A stretch of 64,000 nt of DNA, taken from assembly GCA_050253415.1 (NCBI GenBank), contig JBFWJC010000001.1:584579-648578 (forward strand), read 5' to 3'. Origin of the DNA: Pedobacter sp. Its GTDB lineage: Bacteria > Desulfobacterota > Desulfuromonadia > Desulfuromonadales > Syntrophotaleaceae. A program made the position numbers and the translations under genes. Below the pieces are notes generated by a model. That model did no database searches. It was given only the letters and a program-made list of their open reading frames with translations, and was not told the origin of the DNA. Below are positions 1 to 8,091 of the stretch, in pieces (position 1 is the first letter of the stretch; every line of letters begins with the position of its first letter).

Positions 1-132
1 CCATTTGTGCCGGCGCACCCATTCGGTTTGTGCAGGGGTGCGAAGGAAATAGTAGACGGCGAAGCGTTCCAGTCCCAGCATGAGAAAAACGGGGATGGCA
101 ATTTCAAACAGAATAGAGCTGTAAGGTATCAT
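1..132 (-). CDS. N-terminal part of a membrane protein running off the window edge (MIPYSSILFEIAIPVFLMLGLERFAVYYFLRT...), possibly CDP-alcohol phosphatidyltransferase family
   Basis: ATG at 132 with an open frame to position 1 and a hydrophobic N-terminal helix. The family guess is weak. Confidence 0.45.
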   Translation of the reverse strand, partial: MIPYSSILFEIAIPVFLMLGLERFAVYYFLRTPAQTEWVRRHKW

Positions 133-355
133 GGCGCCTTGCATCGCTAGAGGAATAAAAAATCGGGGTCAACGTTTTCCGGTGCAGTTATATATAACAT
201 TCTTGAGCCCGATAGCGGAGCTGAAAATTTTTTCGCCGGAAAACGGATCTTCGGCAACGGTGGTTTGTGCGGCCGGAATGGACGGTTGGTGACCACTGCC
301 ATTATCAAATATCAGAAGCGGATATGCCATGGGTGGGGTGCCGGGCGAATGAGAA

Positions 356-388
356 ACAGGCCCGCGTGCAGTTGCGGCACGCGGGCCT
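356..388 (-). terminator. GC-rich hairpin downstream of the NlpC/P60 gene
   Basis: CAGGCCCGCGTGC / GCACGCGGGCCTG inverted repeat, followed on the minus strand by TTTCTC. Confidence 0.5.
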
Positions 389-443
389 GATAGTGGAAAG
401 CCGGGGCTGGAATCGTGTTGCATCGAGCCTGCCCCCAATCTGG

Positions 444-1379
444 CTATTCGCCTAGCAGGAGTCTGCGGGCGCCCAAAAATTTCCTGCGCAGGGAACCCTC
501 TTCCATACTCGAAATCCGTATTTTATCTTTGGCGCGCGGCGCATGAATGATCTTGCCGTCGCCGAGGTAGATGCCGACATGGTTAACGCGTTTGTTGGTC
601 CCGAAAAAGACCATGTCGCCAACGGCAAGTTCATCGCTTTTGACCGGTTGGCCATGGCGATACTGTTCGGCCGAGGTGCGCGGCAGGTTGATGCCGCACA
701 GGGCATAGACGGTTTTGACAAAGCCGCTGCAGTCCATGCCTTTTTCGACGGACATGCCGCCCCAGCGATATTTCACGCCGATAAAGTCGAGGGCTATCTG
801 GGCGGCCCGGAAACCCGGCGGGTGCGGTGCCATAGGCTGGTTTGCCATGGCCTCAAACGCGGCCAACATTTGGGCTTTCGTTGAGGTTTTTACCGTTACT
901 TCTTCCCGTTTGTCCTTTGCAGGGGGAGCCGGAATTTCAGTGGTTTCCACGACTAATGCGGAGTCGGTAGATGCCGTTTCCATGGCGGCCGGCAGCTCTT
1001 CCTGCACCTGCGGTGTTTCAGCGGTAACGCTTTCTTCCGGGGGTGCGGTGGTGTCGGCCGGTTCGGGAGCGTTGGTTGCCACAACCAGAAAGCTGCCGAT
1101 GATATGCTCAGCCTTCAGCCGGGCACCTTCTTTCTTGGCTTCCAGGCGGGAACCGTGGTTGCCTGCCCTTACCACAAACAGGCCCTTCTGGTTGGTGGTG
1201 ACGTAGGCGTCGAGGCCCTTGTCCTTAAGCAGCGAGGCGGCTTGTTCAGCACCGGATTGGCGAGCGTAGGCGGAAAGCTGGAGTGCGTATGCCTTGGGGG
1301 CGGCCGCAGGGTCCGGGGCGGCGAGGGAAGCCGTCGCCGACAGGCAGAAAAGGGCCACCCAGAAAAGCATTTTCTTCAT
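444..1379 (-). CDS. Secreted SPOR-domain + NlpC/P60 (C40) peptidoglycan endopeptidase
   Basis: Signal peptide; SPOR-like N-terminus (YALQLSAY...FVVRAG); Pro/Ala/Glu linker; NlpC/P60 motifs YRWGG, DCSGF, HVGIYLGDGKIIHA. Confidence 0.9.
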   Translation of the reverse strand: MKKMLFWVALFCLSATASLAAPDPAAAPKAYALQLSAYARQSGAEQAASLLKDKGLDAYVTTNQKGLFVVRAGNHGSRLEAKKEGARLKAEHIIGSFLVVATNAPEPADTTAPPEESVTAETPQVQEELPAAMETASTDSALVVETTEIPAPPAKDKREEVTVKTSTKAQMLAAFEAMANQPMAPHPPGFRAAQIALDFIGVKYRWGGMSVEKGMDCSGFVKTVYALCGINLPRTSAEQYRHGQPVKSDELAVGDMVFFGTNKRVNHVGIYLGDGKIIHAPRAKDKIRISSMEEGSLRRKFLGARRLLLGE

Positions 1380-1726
1380 ATATGGAATCCTGATCAGATT
1401 ATGTCGGGCGCTTCGCCAGTTTTTTCGCAGGATTGTCCCGGATATTTAATGGCTAAGTTTTTCGGAATTCTCCTCTTTTTATAGAAAACTTTCCAAAAAG
1501 TCATCTTAAAAATACAGGGTCTGATTCCGGTGCGGTATTCTGGAGAAGATCCCTATCGCCTCGTGCAACTTCCGGAGGTTGTGGCTCGATAAAATCCATT
1601 TCGTTCAGCATTAAGATCCTTATCGTAGCGCTTGTTTTTTTGCCCGCAAGGCGCTTGGCGTGGCAGGCGGTCTGGCGTTACAATGATGGAGTGAGGTGGA
1701 TGTGACTTGGGCGAAAGGGCATCACT

Positions 1727-2422
1727 ATGAAACGGCAGACTGTATGGCTGGCGGCAGTGTGGTCTCTGGGTTTTCCGATAATCATGGCCTCAGAGGTACG
1801 GGGCGCGATGCCTGCTGCCGCGATATCCCCGGCGGAAGCCGTATTGACGGTAAAAAACGATACTCTGTTTGCCCTGATTGCAGAACCGGAATATCATCTG
1901 AATCTGGCGCGTACTTATCTGCAGGCAGGGCAGGGTGTTGATGCGTCTCGCGCGCTTGAAGCGGTGCAGGCTTTCGTCTGGCTTGAAAGAGCAAGGGCGG
2001 CCCAGCCTGCAATGGATATGTTGATCGATGCCACGATCGATTTGGATAAACTGGCGCGCGACAGTGCTCGGGGAGCGGTAACCGTTCCGCAATTGGCCGA
2101 TGTCGCCCGCCTGACGCATCTGGCGCTGGCGGCTCATTATCAGCAGATGGCGCAAGATGCCTGGGCGCAGAAGGCCTGGCAGGTTACGGGGCAGCATTTG
2201 CACGCCGCAGAATTGCATATACGGCAGGGGATGGCGTGGGGTGGACCGACTTTAACGGATCAGCAGCAGGTAATTCTTAAGGAAAATGCGGTGTTGGCTG
2301 ATGCCTTAATGGACGGGCCCGGTTGTGGGAACAGCTGGGCAGAAGATGCCGCGGGACCCCAGATAACTGCTATGGGGCATTTAATGGATACTTTGAAGCC
2401 GTCGACTGCTGTGATGCCGTAA
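1727..2422 (+). CDS. Exported alpha-helical hypothetical protein (YfdX-like?)
   Basis: 231-aa Ala-rich ORF with signal-peptide-like N-terminus and RBS-like AAAGGGG. The family guess is weak. Confidence 0.6.
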   Translation: MKRQTVWLAAVWSLGFPIIMASEVRGAMPAAAISPAEAVLTVKNDTLFALIAEPEYHLNLARTYLQAGQGVDASRALEAVQAFVWLERARAAQPAMDMLIDATIDLDKLARDSARGAVTVPQLADVARLTHLALAAHYQQMAQDAWAQKAWQVTGQHLHAAELHIRQGMAWGGPTLTDQQQVILKENAVLADALMDGPGCGNSWAEDAAGPQITAMGHLMDTLKPSTAVMP

Positions 2423-2470
2423 AAATTATTTATGTTTTTTACATAGACCATTTTATGACAGGGGGGGTGC

Positions 2471-2818
2471 TTGACGCTTTCGGAATTTGAGATCAGAAGG
2501 ATTGAAAAACTGTTTAAAAGCTTTTGCGACAGGCGTGTTCCGGAGCGATTACGCGAGCAGATTCGTGTTGAGTTCCGGGTTCGTGATGATGCTGTGGAGT
2601 TGTTTGAAAGCCGTCCGCTTTACAACGATCCTTCCACGTGGGTTTCTACCCGGATAGCCCGGTTCAAGAAGACTTCCCGAAATGGCAGCTGGATAGTGTA
2701 CTGGGCCGATCGCAACGCCCAGTGGAAACGCTATGAACCCTGTGTGCCCCACCGGGATATCGAAGCTTTGCTGCAGGTGGTGGAAGAAGATGCGATAGGG
2801 ACTTTCTGGGGGGGCTAA
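2471..2818 (+). CDS. DUF3024-like protein
   Basis: RRVPERLREQIRVEF...IARF...WIVYWADRNAQWKRY...D..GTFWG matches the family pattern. Confidence 0.75.
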   Translation: MTLSEFEIRRIEKLFKSFCDRRVPERLREQIRVEFRVRDDAVELFESRPLYNDPSTWVSTRIARFKKTSRNGSWIVYWADRNAQWKRYEPCVPHRDIEALLQVVEEDAIGTFWGG

Positions 2819-2854
2819 ACCTGTCCATGAGTGGCACATCGCTGATGCAAAAAA

Positions 2855-2889
2855 AACAAGAAAAGCCCGCATATGCGGGCTTTTCTTGT
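2855..2889. terminator. Bidirectional intrinsic terminator between convergent genes
   Basis: ACAAGAAAAGCCCGC-ATAT-GCGGGCTTTTCTTGT perfect inverted repeat with A/T tails. Confidence 0.8.
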
Positions 2890-2913
2890 ATGGGATGTCC
2901 GATGATGGGTTTG

Positions 2914-3228
2914 TTAATTCTTATCGAGCAGTTTGACCACCAGCAGTCGTACCGGTGCGGTGCCGGTATTTTTCCACCCGCGCTGGGTGCCGGTGGGGAT
3001 GGCGATAAGGCGGTCGGCGGCAACCTGCTGGACCTGGTCTTCGATGGTCAGTTCGCCCTGACCTTCAAGCACATAGAACAGCACGTCGAAGGGATTGTCG
3101 TGAGGAGGCACGCCTTCGCCGGGTTGCAGCAAAATATGTATGACTTCGATGGGGCCTTCGCTGTGCATGATGCGGGCGTCGAAGGGGACCGGTACCTTCG
3201 GGGCCGATTCCAGCTTTATGATATTCAT
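2914..3228 (-). CDS. Cupin domain protein
   Basis: PGEGVPPHDNPFDVLFYVLEGQG and IPTGTQRGWKNTG cupin_2 motifs. Confidence 0.85.
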   Translation of the reverse strand: MNIIKLESAPKVPVPFDARIMHSEGPIEVIHILLQPGEGVPPHDNPFDVLFYVLEGQGELTIEDQVQQVAADRLIAIPTGTQRGWKNTGTAPVRLLVVKLLDKN

Positions 3229-3265
3229 GGCTGTGTCCTTTGTGAAAAATCAGCTGACAAGCCGG

Positions 3266-3301
3266 AAAAAAAGGGCGGGGCGCGGAGGGTATGCCCCACC
3301 C
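3266..3301 (-). terminator. Probable terminator after hcp
   Basis: Minus strand GGGTGGGGC...GCCCCGCCC followed by T7. Confidence 0.6.
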
Positions 3302-3325
3302 AGAGGAGGCTTGTCGATTATGTTT

Positions 3326-4957
3326 TTATCCGAGTATCGCCTTGAGGTCTTCGTCGGGGGTCGTGATCGGGGCGATGTTGAAGTTTTCGACCAGGTAATT
3401 CAGCACGTTCGGCGTGACGAAGGCCGGCAGGCTGGGTCCGAGCTTGATGTTCTGGATCCCAAGGAACAGCAAGGTCAGCAGGATAACGACGGCCTTCTGC
3501 TCGTACCAGGACAGGATCATCGACAACGGCAGATCGTTAACCCCGCACTCGAAGGCCTCGGCCAGCGCTACCGCGATCTGAATGGCGCTGTAGGCATCGT
3601 TGCATTGGCCGATGTCGAGCAGGCGCGGGATGCCGCCGATATCACCGAACTCCAGCTTGTTGAAGCGGTACTTGCCGCAGGCCAGGGTCAGGATGACGCA
3701 GTCCTCGGGGACCTTTTCGGCGAATTCGGTGTAGTAATTGCGGCCCGGCTTGGCGCCGTCGCAGCCGCCGATCAGGAAGAAATGCTTCACCGCTCCGTCC
3801 TTGACCGCTTCGATAACCTTGTCGGCCACACCCAGCACCGCATTGTGGCCGAAGCCGACCAGGATGTTCTGACCCGGGGCCTCGGGCAGTTCTGGCAGGG
3901 TCAGGGCCTTGTCGATGACCGCAGAGAAATCCCATCCATCCACATGTTTGACCCCGGGCCAGGCCACGCAACCCCAGGTGAAGGTGCGGTCCTTGTAGGA
4001 TTCGGCCGGTTTTTGGATGCAGTTGGTATTGAAAATGATGGCCCCGGGGAACTCGGGAAATTCCTTGTGCTGGTTCTGCCAGGCGCTGCCGAAGTTGCCG
4101 GCCAGGTGCGCATATTTTTTCAATCCGGGATAGGCGTGAGCCGGCAGCATTTCGCCGTGGGTGTAAATATTAATGCCCTTACCCTCGGTTTGTTTGAGCA
4201 ATTCTTCAAGCATTTTCATGTCGTGGCCGGAAACCAGGATCCCCTTGCCGGCACGGGTGCCGAGGTTGACCTGGGTGGGGACCGGGTGGCCGTAATGTTC
4301 CACATGCCCTTCATTGAGCAGCGCCATCACGGTCAAGTTGTGTTTGCCGCATTCCATGGCCAGTTCGACAAAGTCGCCCAGTCCAAGGGTCTTGTCGGTG
4401 GTGGCGTGCAGGGCGCGGTGGAAAAATTCAAACACCTCGTCGTTGGTCTTGCCGAGAATCTCGGCATGTTCGGCATAGGCGGCCATGCCTTTGAGGCCAT
4501 AGATAAGAATCTCTACCACCGAGCGCACGTCGGGATCGGTATGCAATTGCTCGATGCCGTATTGAACCCCTTGCGCCACCGGGTCTGTGGACAGGGTCCA
4601 TGCGGGCTGGTCGGTTTCAAAGGAGCGTGCCTTGATGCTGTTAAGGTCGCTAAAGGCCTTTTCGTAAAGTAAGCGAGCTTGTTCCTTGAGCGTGTAGCAG
4701 CGTTGCAGAATCTCTTTGAGTCGGTCTGCATCGAAGTCAACGTTGGTTACCGTGGCAAACAGACCCTCCAACACGAAATGGTCGAGGGCTTTGTCGGTGG
4801 CCCCGAGCTGGCGTGCCTTGTGGGCGTAGAAGGACAGGCTTTGCAATCCGTATAGTAAGTGATCCTGCAGGCTGGCGACCTCCGGTTGCTTGCCGCATAC
4901 GCCGGCTGCGCTGCAACCGGTGCCTTTTGCCGTTTGTTCACATTGATGACAGAACAT
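3326..4957 (-). CDS. hcp: Hybrid cluster protein (hydroxylamine/NO reductase)
   Basis: MFCHQCEQT..C....GVCGK cubane motif; SGHD, THGEMLPAH, TNC, GGCDG, LACGK, GQCND, WYEQKA motifs. Start moved to ATG 4957, which follows a GAGGAGGA RBS. Confidence 0.96.
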   Translation of the reverse strand: MFCHQCEQTAKGTGCSAAGVCGKQPEVASLQDHLLYGLQSLSFYAHKARQLGATDKALDHFVLEGLFATVTNVDFDADRLKEILQRCYTLKEQARLLYEKAFSDLNSIKARSFETDQPAWTLSTDPVAQGVQYGIEQLHTDPDVRSVVEILIYGLKGMAAYAEHAEILGKTNDEVFEFFHRALHATTDKTLGLGDFVELAMECGKHNLTVMALLNEGHVEHYGHPVPTQVNLGTRAGKGILVSGHDMKMLEELLKQTEGKGINIYTHGEMLPAHAYPGLKKYAHLAGNFGSAWQNQHKEFPEFPGAIIFNTNCIQKPAESYKDRTFTWGCVAWPGVKHVDGWDFSAVIDKALTLPELPEAPGQNILVGFGHNAVLGVADKVIEAVKDGAVKHFFLIGGCDGAKPGRNYYTEFAEKVPEDCVILTLACGKYRFNKLEFGDIGGIPRLLDIGQCNDAYSAIQIAVALAEAFECGVNDLPLSMILSWYEQKAVVILLTLLFLGIQNIKLGPSLPAFVTPNVLNYLVENFNIAPITTPDEDLKAILG

Positions 4958-5080
4958 GGGTTCCTCCTCGGTAAGTTTGTTTTTACCCAGCACCGCAGGG
5001 CCAAAACAGCTTGTAAATGGTAAAAGTTTTCGTGTTTCCTCTTCGTGAATATCACCTTACTGTAAAGAGGGAAGGGAAGG

Positions 5081-5096
5081 CTTGACGAGGATCAAG
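5081..5096. promoter_or_regulatory. CRP/FNR-family (HcpR-like) box upstream of hcp
   Basis: Palindrome CTTGA-CGAGGA-TCAAG (TTGA-N6-TCAA type), about 125 nt upstream of the hcp start. Confidence 0.65.
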
Positions 5097-5190
5097 TTTT
5101 TGATTGTTTTTACTTTTATGGCAAAAAACATTGAAAAATCAGTAGTGTAGAAATTTGTGACAAAAAAGACCAAAGAAGTAATAATTTTAG

Positions 5191-5225
5191 TTGACACAAA
5201 ATACCAAATGCAATAAATTACCATC
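5191..5225 (+). promoter_or_regulatory. Sigma70 promoter of the perR operon with an overlapping candidate PerR operator
   Basis: TTGACA (5191-5196), 17 nt, TAAATT (5214-5219); AT-rich AATGCAATAAATTACCATC (5207-5225) overlaps the -10. Confidence 0.6.
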
Positions 5226-5243
5226 CAACCAGATGAGGTGGCG

Positions 5244-5693
5244 ATGTCAGACCAGAAGAAACAACAGCAGCTCAAAGAAGTGTGCAGATCCCGGGGTGTC
5301 AGTCTGACGCCTCAGCGTCAGGCGATTATGCGGGCATTGGCTGTCCGTGGAGATCACCCCACAGCTGACCAACTGTACGATGACCTCAGTTGCCAAATGC
5401 CGGGTATGTCCCGCACTACTGTGTACCGGGTTCTTGAAACCTTCGTAAAGCTCGGTCTGGTACGCAAGGTAGACAGTCGTGCATCCAAGGCTCATTTCGA
5501 TGCCGATGTCACTTTGCATCCCCATCTGGTCTGCCTGGGCTGCGGCATGGTTTGTGATTTTGAGGACAGGGGGTTCGGTGTTCTGCATCCGCCCGCTATG
5601 ACCGACGACGGTTTTGAAATTGTCGATTACGCGGTCACTCTGGTCGGGTACTGCAGACAGTGCCGTCATCACCAAAAAATCCCATCCGATTGA
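5244..5693 (+). CDS. perR: Fur-family peroxide-responsive regulator
   Basis: TPQRQAI, HPTADQLY, SRTTVYRVL, FD...HPHLVCLGCG and CRQC zinc site; heads a rubrerythrin operon. Confidence 0.85.
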   Translation: MSDQKKQQQLKEVCRSRGVSLTPQRQAIMRALAVRGDHPTADQLYDDLSCQMPGMSRTTVYRVLETFVKLGLVRKVDSRASKAHFDADVTLHPHLVCLGCGMVCDFEDRGFGVLHPPAMTDDGFEIVDYAVTLVGYCRQCRHHQKIPSD

Positions 5694-5776
5694 CCCTGTA
5701 AATAAAAATGGTGGTCCGCAGATTTTAAATGTCTGCATGAAAATAATCTTTTAATGTTAGAAGAGAGGGAGTTATA

Positions 5777-6313
5777 ATGTCCGAATTGAAAGGCACCAAG
5801 ACCGAGAAGAACCTGTTGGAAGCTTTTGCCGGCGAGTCCATGGCCCGCAACAAGTACAGCTACTTTGCTTCGGTGGCCAAAAAAGAGGGTTTCGAGCAGA
5901 TTGCCGCGATTTTTCAGGAAACTGCAGACAACGAAAAAGAGCATGCTAAACTGCACTTTAAGGCTCTTCAGGGTATCGGCAGCACCATGGACAACCTGAA
6001 AGCTGCTGCTGCCGGTGAACACGAAGAATGGACCGATATGTATCCCCGCATGGCTCAGGAAGCCCGCGAAGAGGGCTTCGACGATCTGGCCCGCATGTTT
6101 GAAAATATAGCTCGCATCGAAAAAGCCCACCAGGAACGCTATGAGCGGATTCTCAAGGCTGTTGAAGCCGGGACTATTTTTAACCGTACGGACGAACGCC
6201 TGTGGAAATGTCGCAACTGTGGACATCTGCTCAATGCCAAAGCAGCCCCGGCCATCTGTCCGGTTTGCGATCATCCCAAGGCTTATTTTGAGATCGAGGT
6301 CGATACTTTTTGA
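5777..6313 (+). CDS. rbr: Rubrerythrin
   Basis: AFAGESMARNKY, ENEKEH-type and EHEE, EKAH di-iron ligands; C-terminal CRNC...CPVC rubredoxin domain. Confidence 0.95.
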   Translation: MSELKGTKTEKNLLEAFAGESMARNKYSYFASVAKKEGFEQIAAIFQETADNEKEHAKLHFKALQGIGSTMDNLKAAAAGEHEEWTDMYPRMAQEAREEGFDDLARMFENIARIEKAHQERYERILKAVEAGTIFNRTDERLWKCRNCGHLLNAKAAPAICPVCDHPKAYFEIEVDTF

Positions 6314-6324
6314 TGGTGATTAAA

Positions 6325-6351
6325 GGTCTCCCCGGATAAATCGGGGAGACC
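6325..6351 (+). other. Intercistronic stem-loop between rbr and rubredoxin
   Basis: GGTCTCCCCG / CGGGGAGACC perfect 10-bp stem with no U-tract. Confidence 0.5.
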
Positions 6352-6403
6352 GCCAGCAACAGAATTTTTGCCCGGTCCCTTTCAACCTCAGGAGGAAGCA
6401 ACC

Positions 6404-6565
6404 ATGGAAAAGTATGTATGTGAAATTTGCGGTTATGTGTATGACCCCGCAGTGGGTGACCCTGACAATGGCGTAGCCGCAGGTACCGCTTTTGCGGATG
6501 TGTCCGAAGATTGGGTCTGCCCCATATGCGGTGCGGCCAAAGATATGTTTGCTTTAGAAGCCTAG
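6404..6565 (+). CDS. rub: Rubredoxin
   Basis: [19 protein letters not shown]...[17 protein letters not shown]. Confidence 0.95.
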   Translation: MEKYVCEICGYVYDPAVGDPDNGVAAGTAFADVSEDWVCPICGAAKDMFALEA

Positions 6566-6754
6566 TCGTATGTAGGGCGGTTCCGGTCTGCGCCCGCCGG
6601 CCGGAACCCATTTATAACCAACACCGAATGGGCCACCGGGTCCGCTCAGGATAAAAAAATCACATCCGGCACAGACAGGTCGCCTGTCTGAGGTCGTTTT
6701 TTTATATGCTCCGCCGAAGGTCGTGATGTGTCATTTGAAAGGAATAAATTGCAT

Positions 6755-7942
6755 ATGATACCGAAAAGATTAGCTGAAGGTGTTTACGAAGTCGGTGCCA
6801 TAGATTGGAATGTGCGGGATTTTCATGGCTATTCGACGGATTTGGGATCGACCTATAATGCCTATTTGATTATCGATGAGAAGATCACTCTGATCGACAC
6901 GGTCAAAAAAGAATTCACCGACCAGTTGCTGGAAAAGATTGCCCAGATTGTCGATCCCTCCAAGATCGATATCGTTATCAGCAATCATACCGAAATGGAC
7001 CACTCGGGCGGTTTGCCGACGGTCATGGAAATTATCGGCAAAGATAAGCCTATTTACTGCTCCAAGATGGGTTTTAAAAACCTCAGCCAACATTTCCCGA
7101 CCGGATTAAACTTGCGTGAAGTGAAGGACGGAGAAGAACTGAGCCTGGGGCGGCGGACTCTGCAGTTTCTTGAAACCCGCATGGTCCATTGGCCGGACAG
7201 TATGTTCACCTATCTCAAGGAAGATCAGATCCTGTTTTCCAGCGACGGGTTTGGGCAACATTATGCCGGGCCGGAACGTTTCGATGACGAGATCGACGAT
7301 GCCATCATGTGGCACGCCAAGAAATATTTTGCCAATATCCTCTGGCCGTTTGCCCCCCTGATCCAGAAGCTTATGGACAAAATCATCAAGATGGAGTTGC
7401 CCATCAAGATGATCTGCCCCGACCACGGCATTATCTGGCGCAAGGATCCGGCTAAAATCATCAACACCTACGTCGAATGGTGCAAGCAGCAGCCTCAGGA
7501 TACCGCATTGGTGATTTACGATACCATGTGGCACAGCACCGAAGCTATGGCCGAGCAGATCGTTGCCGGTTTGTGGGAAGTGGGAGTGAAGGCGCAACCG
7601 ATGCATGCACGCACTGTGCATCGCAGCGATATCGTTACCGCAGCCTTCGACACCAAGGCCTTGATCGTTGGTTCTCCGACCCTCAATAACGGGATTTTCC
7701 CGACTCTTGCGGATGTGTTGACTTATCTGAAGGGTCTCAAACCCAAGAACAAACTGGGCGCGACCTTCGGTTCCTACGGGTGGAGTGGCGAAGCTCCCAA
7801 GATGGTGCATGAGTTACTCACCGAGATGGATGTGCAGATGGTCGAGGAGCCTCTGCGGGTTCAGTTTATCCCGGAGAAGGATTCTCTTGAGGCCTGTCGT
7901 GAGTTTGGACGTCGCATCGGGCGGATCATAAAACAAGATTGA
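6755..7942 (+). CDS. fprA: Flavodiiron protein (FprA / rubredoxin:oxygen or NO oxidoreductase)
   Basis: GSTYNAY, HTEMDH, HWPDSM, SSDGFGQH, PDHG metallo-beta-lactamase motifs plus a flavodoxin domain (GSPT, GSYGWSGE). Confidence 0.93.
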   Translation: MIPKRLAEGVYEVGAIDWNVRDFHGYSTDLGSTYNAYLIIDEKITLIDTVKKEFTDQLLEKIAQIVDPSKIDIVISNHTEMDHSGGLPTVMEIIGKDKPIYCSKMGFKNLSQHFPTGLNLREVKDGEELSLGRRTLQFLETRMVHWPDSMFTYLKEDQILFSSDGFGQHYAGPERFDDEIDDAIMWHAKKYFANILWPFAPLIQKLMDKIIKMELPIKMICPDHGIIWRKDPAKIINTYVEWCKQQPQDTALVIYDTMWHSTEAMAEQIVAGLWEVGVKAQPMHARTVHRSDIVTAAFDTKALIVGSPTLNNGIFPTLADVLTYLKGLKPKNKLGATFGSYGWSGEAPKMVHELLTEMDVQMVEEPLRVQFIPEKDSLEACREFGRRIGRIIKQD

Positions 7943-7968
7943 GAATGATGTTATTTTAGAGGCTATTG

Positions 7969-8002
7969 AAGGGCCGCTCCCCGGGAGCGGCCCTTTGTTT
8001 TT
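7969..8002 (+). terminator. Intrinsic terminator of the perR-rbr-rub-fprA operon
   Basis: AAGGGCCGCTCC / GGAGCGGCCCTT stem followed by TGTTTTT. Confidence 0.75.
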
Positions 8003-8091
8003 GGGATAATCCGAACTTAGGATGTTTTTTTTAGGCAAGAAGGTTGATTTAGCCGTTTCAAAATTCTACTATAGTCCGTTAATCATGCTGA

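Noticed and set aside
187..198. GTTATATATAAC palindrome as a ModE box
   Set aside because: Lacks the central spacer of ModE sites and is far from the mod/moa genes
3140..4672. 510-aa plus-strand ORF
   Set aside because: Antisense shadow of hcp; no motifs; expected from codon bias in GC-rich DNA
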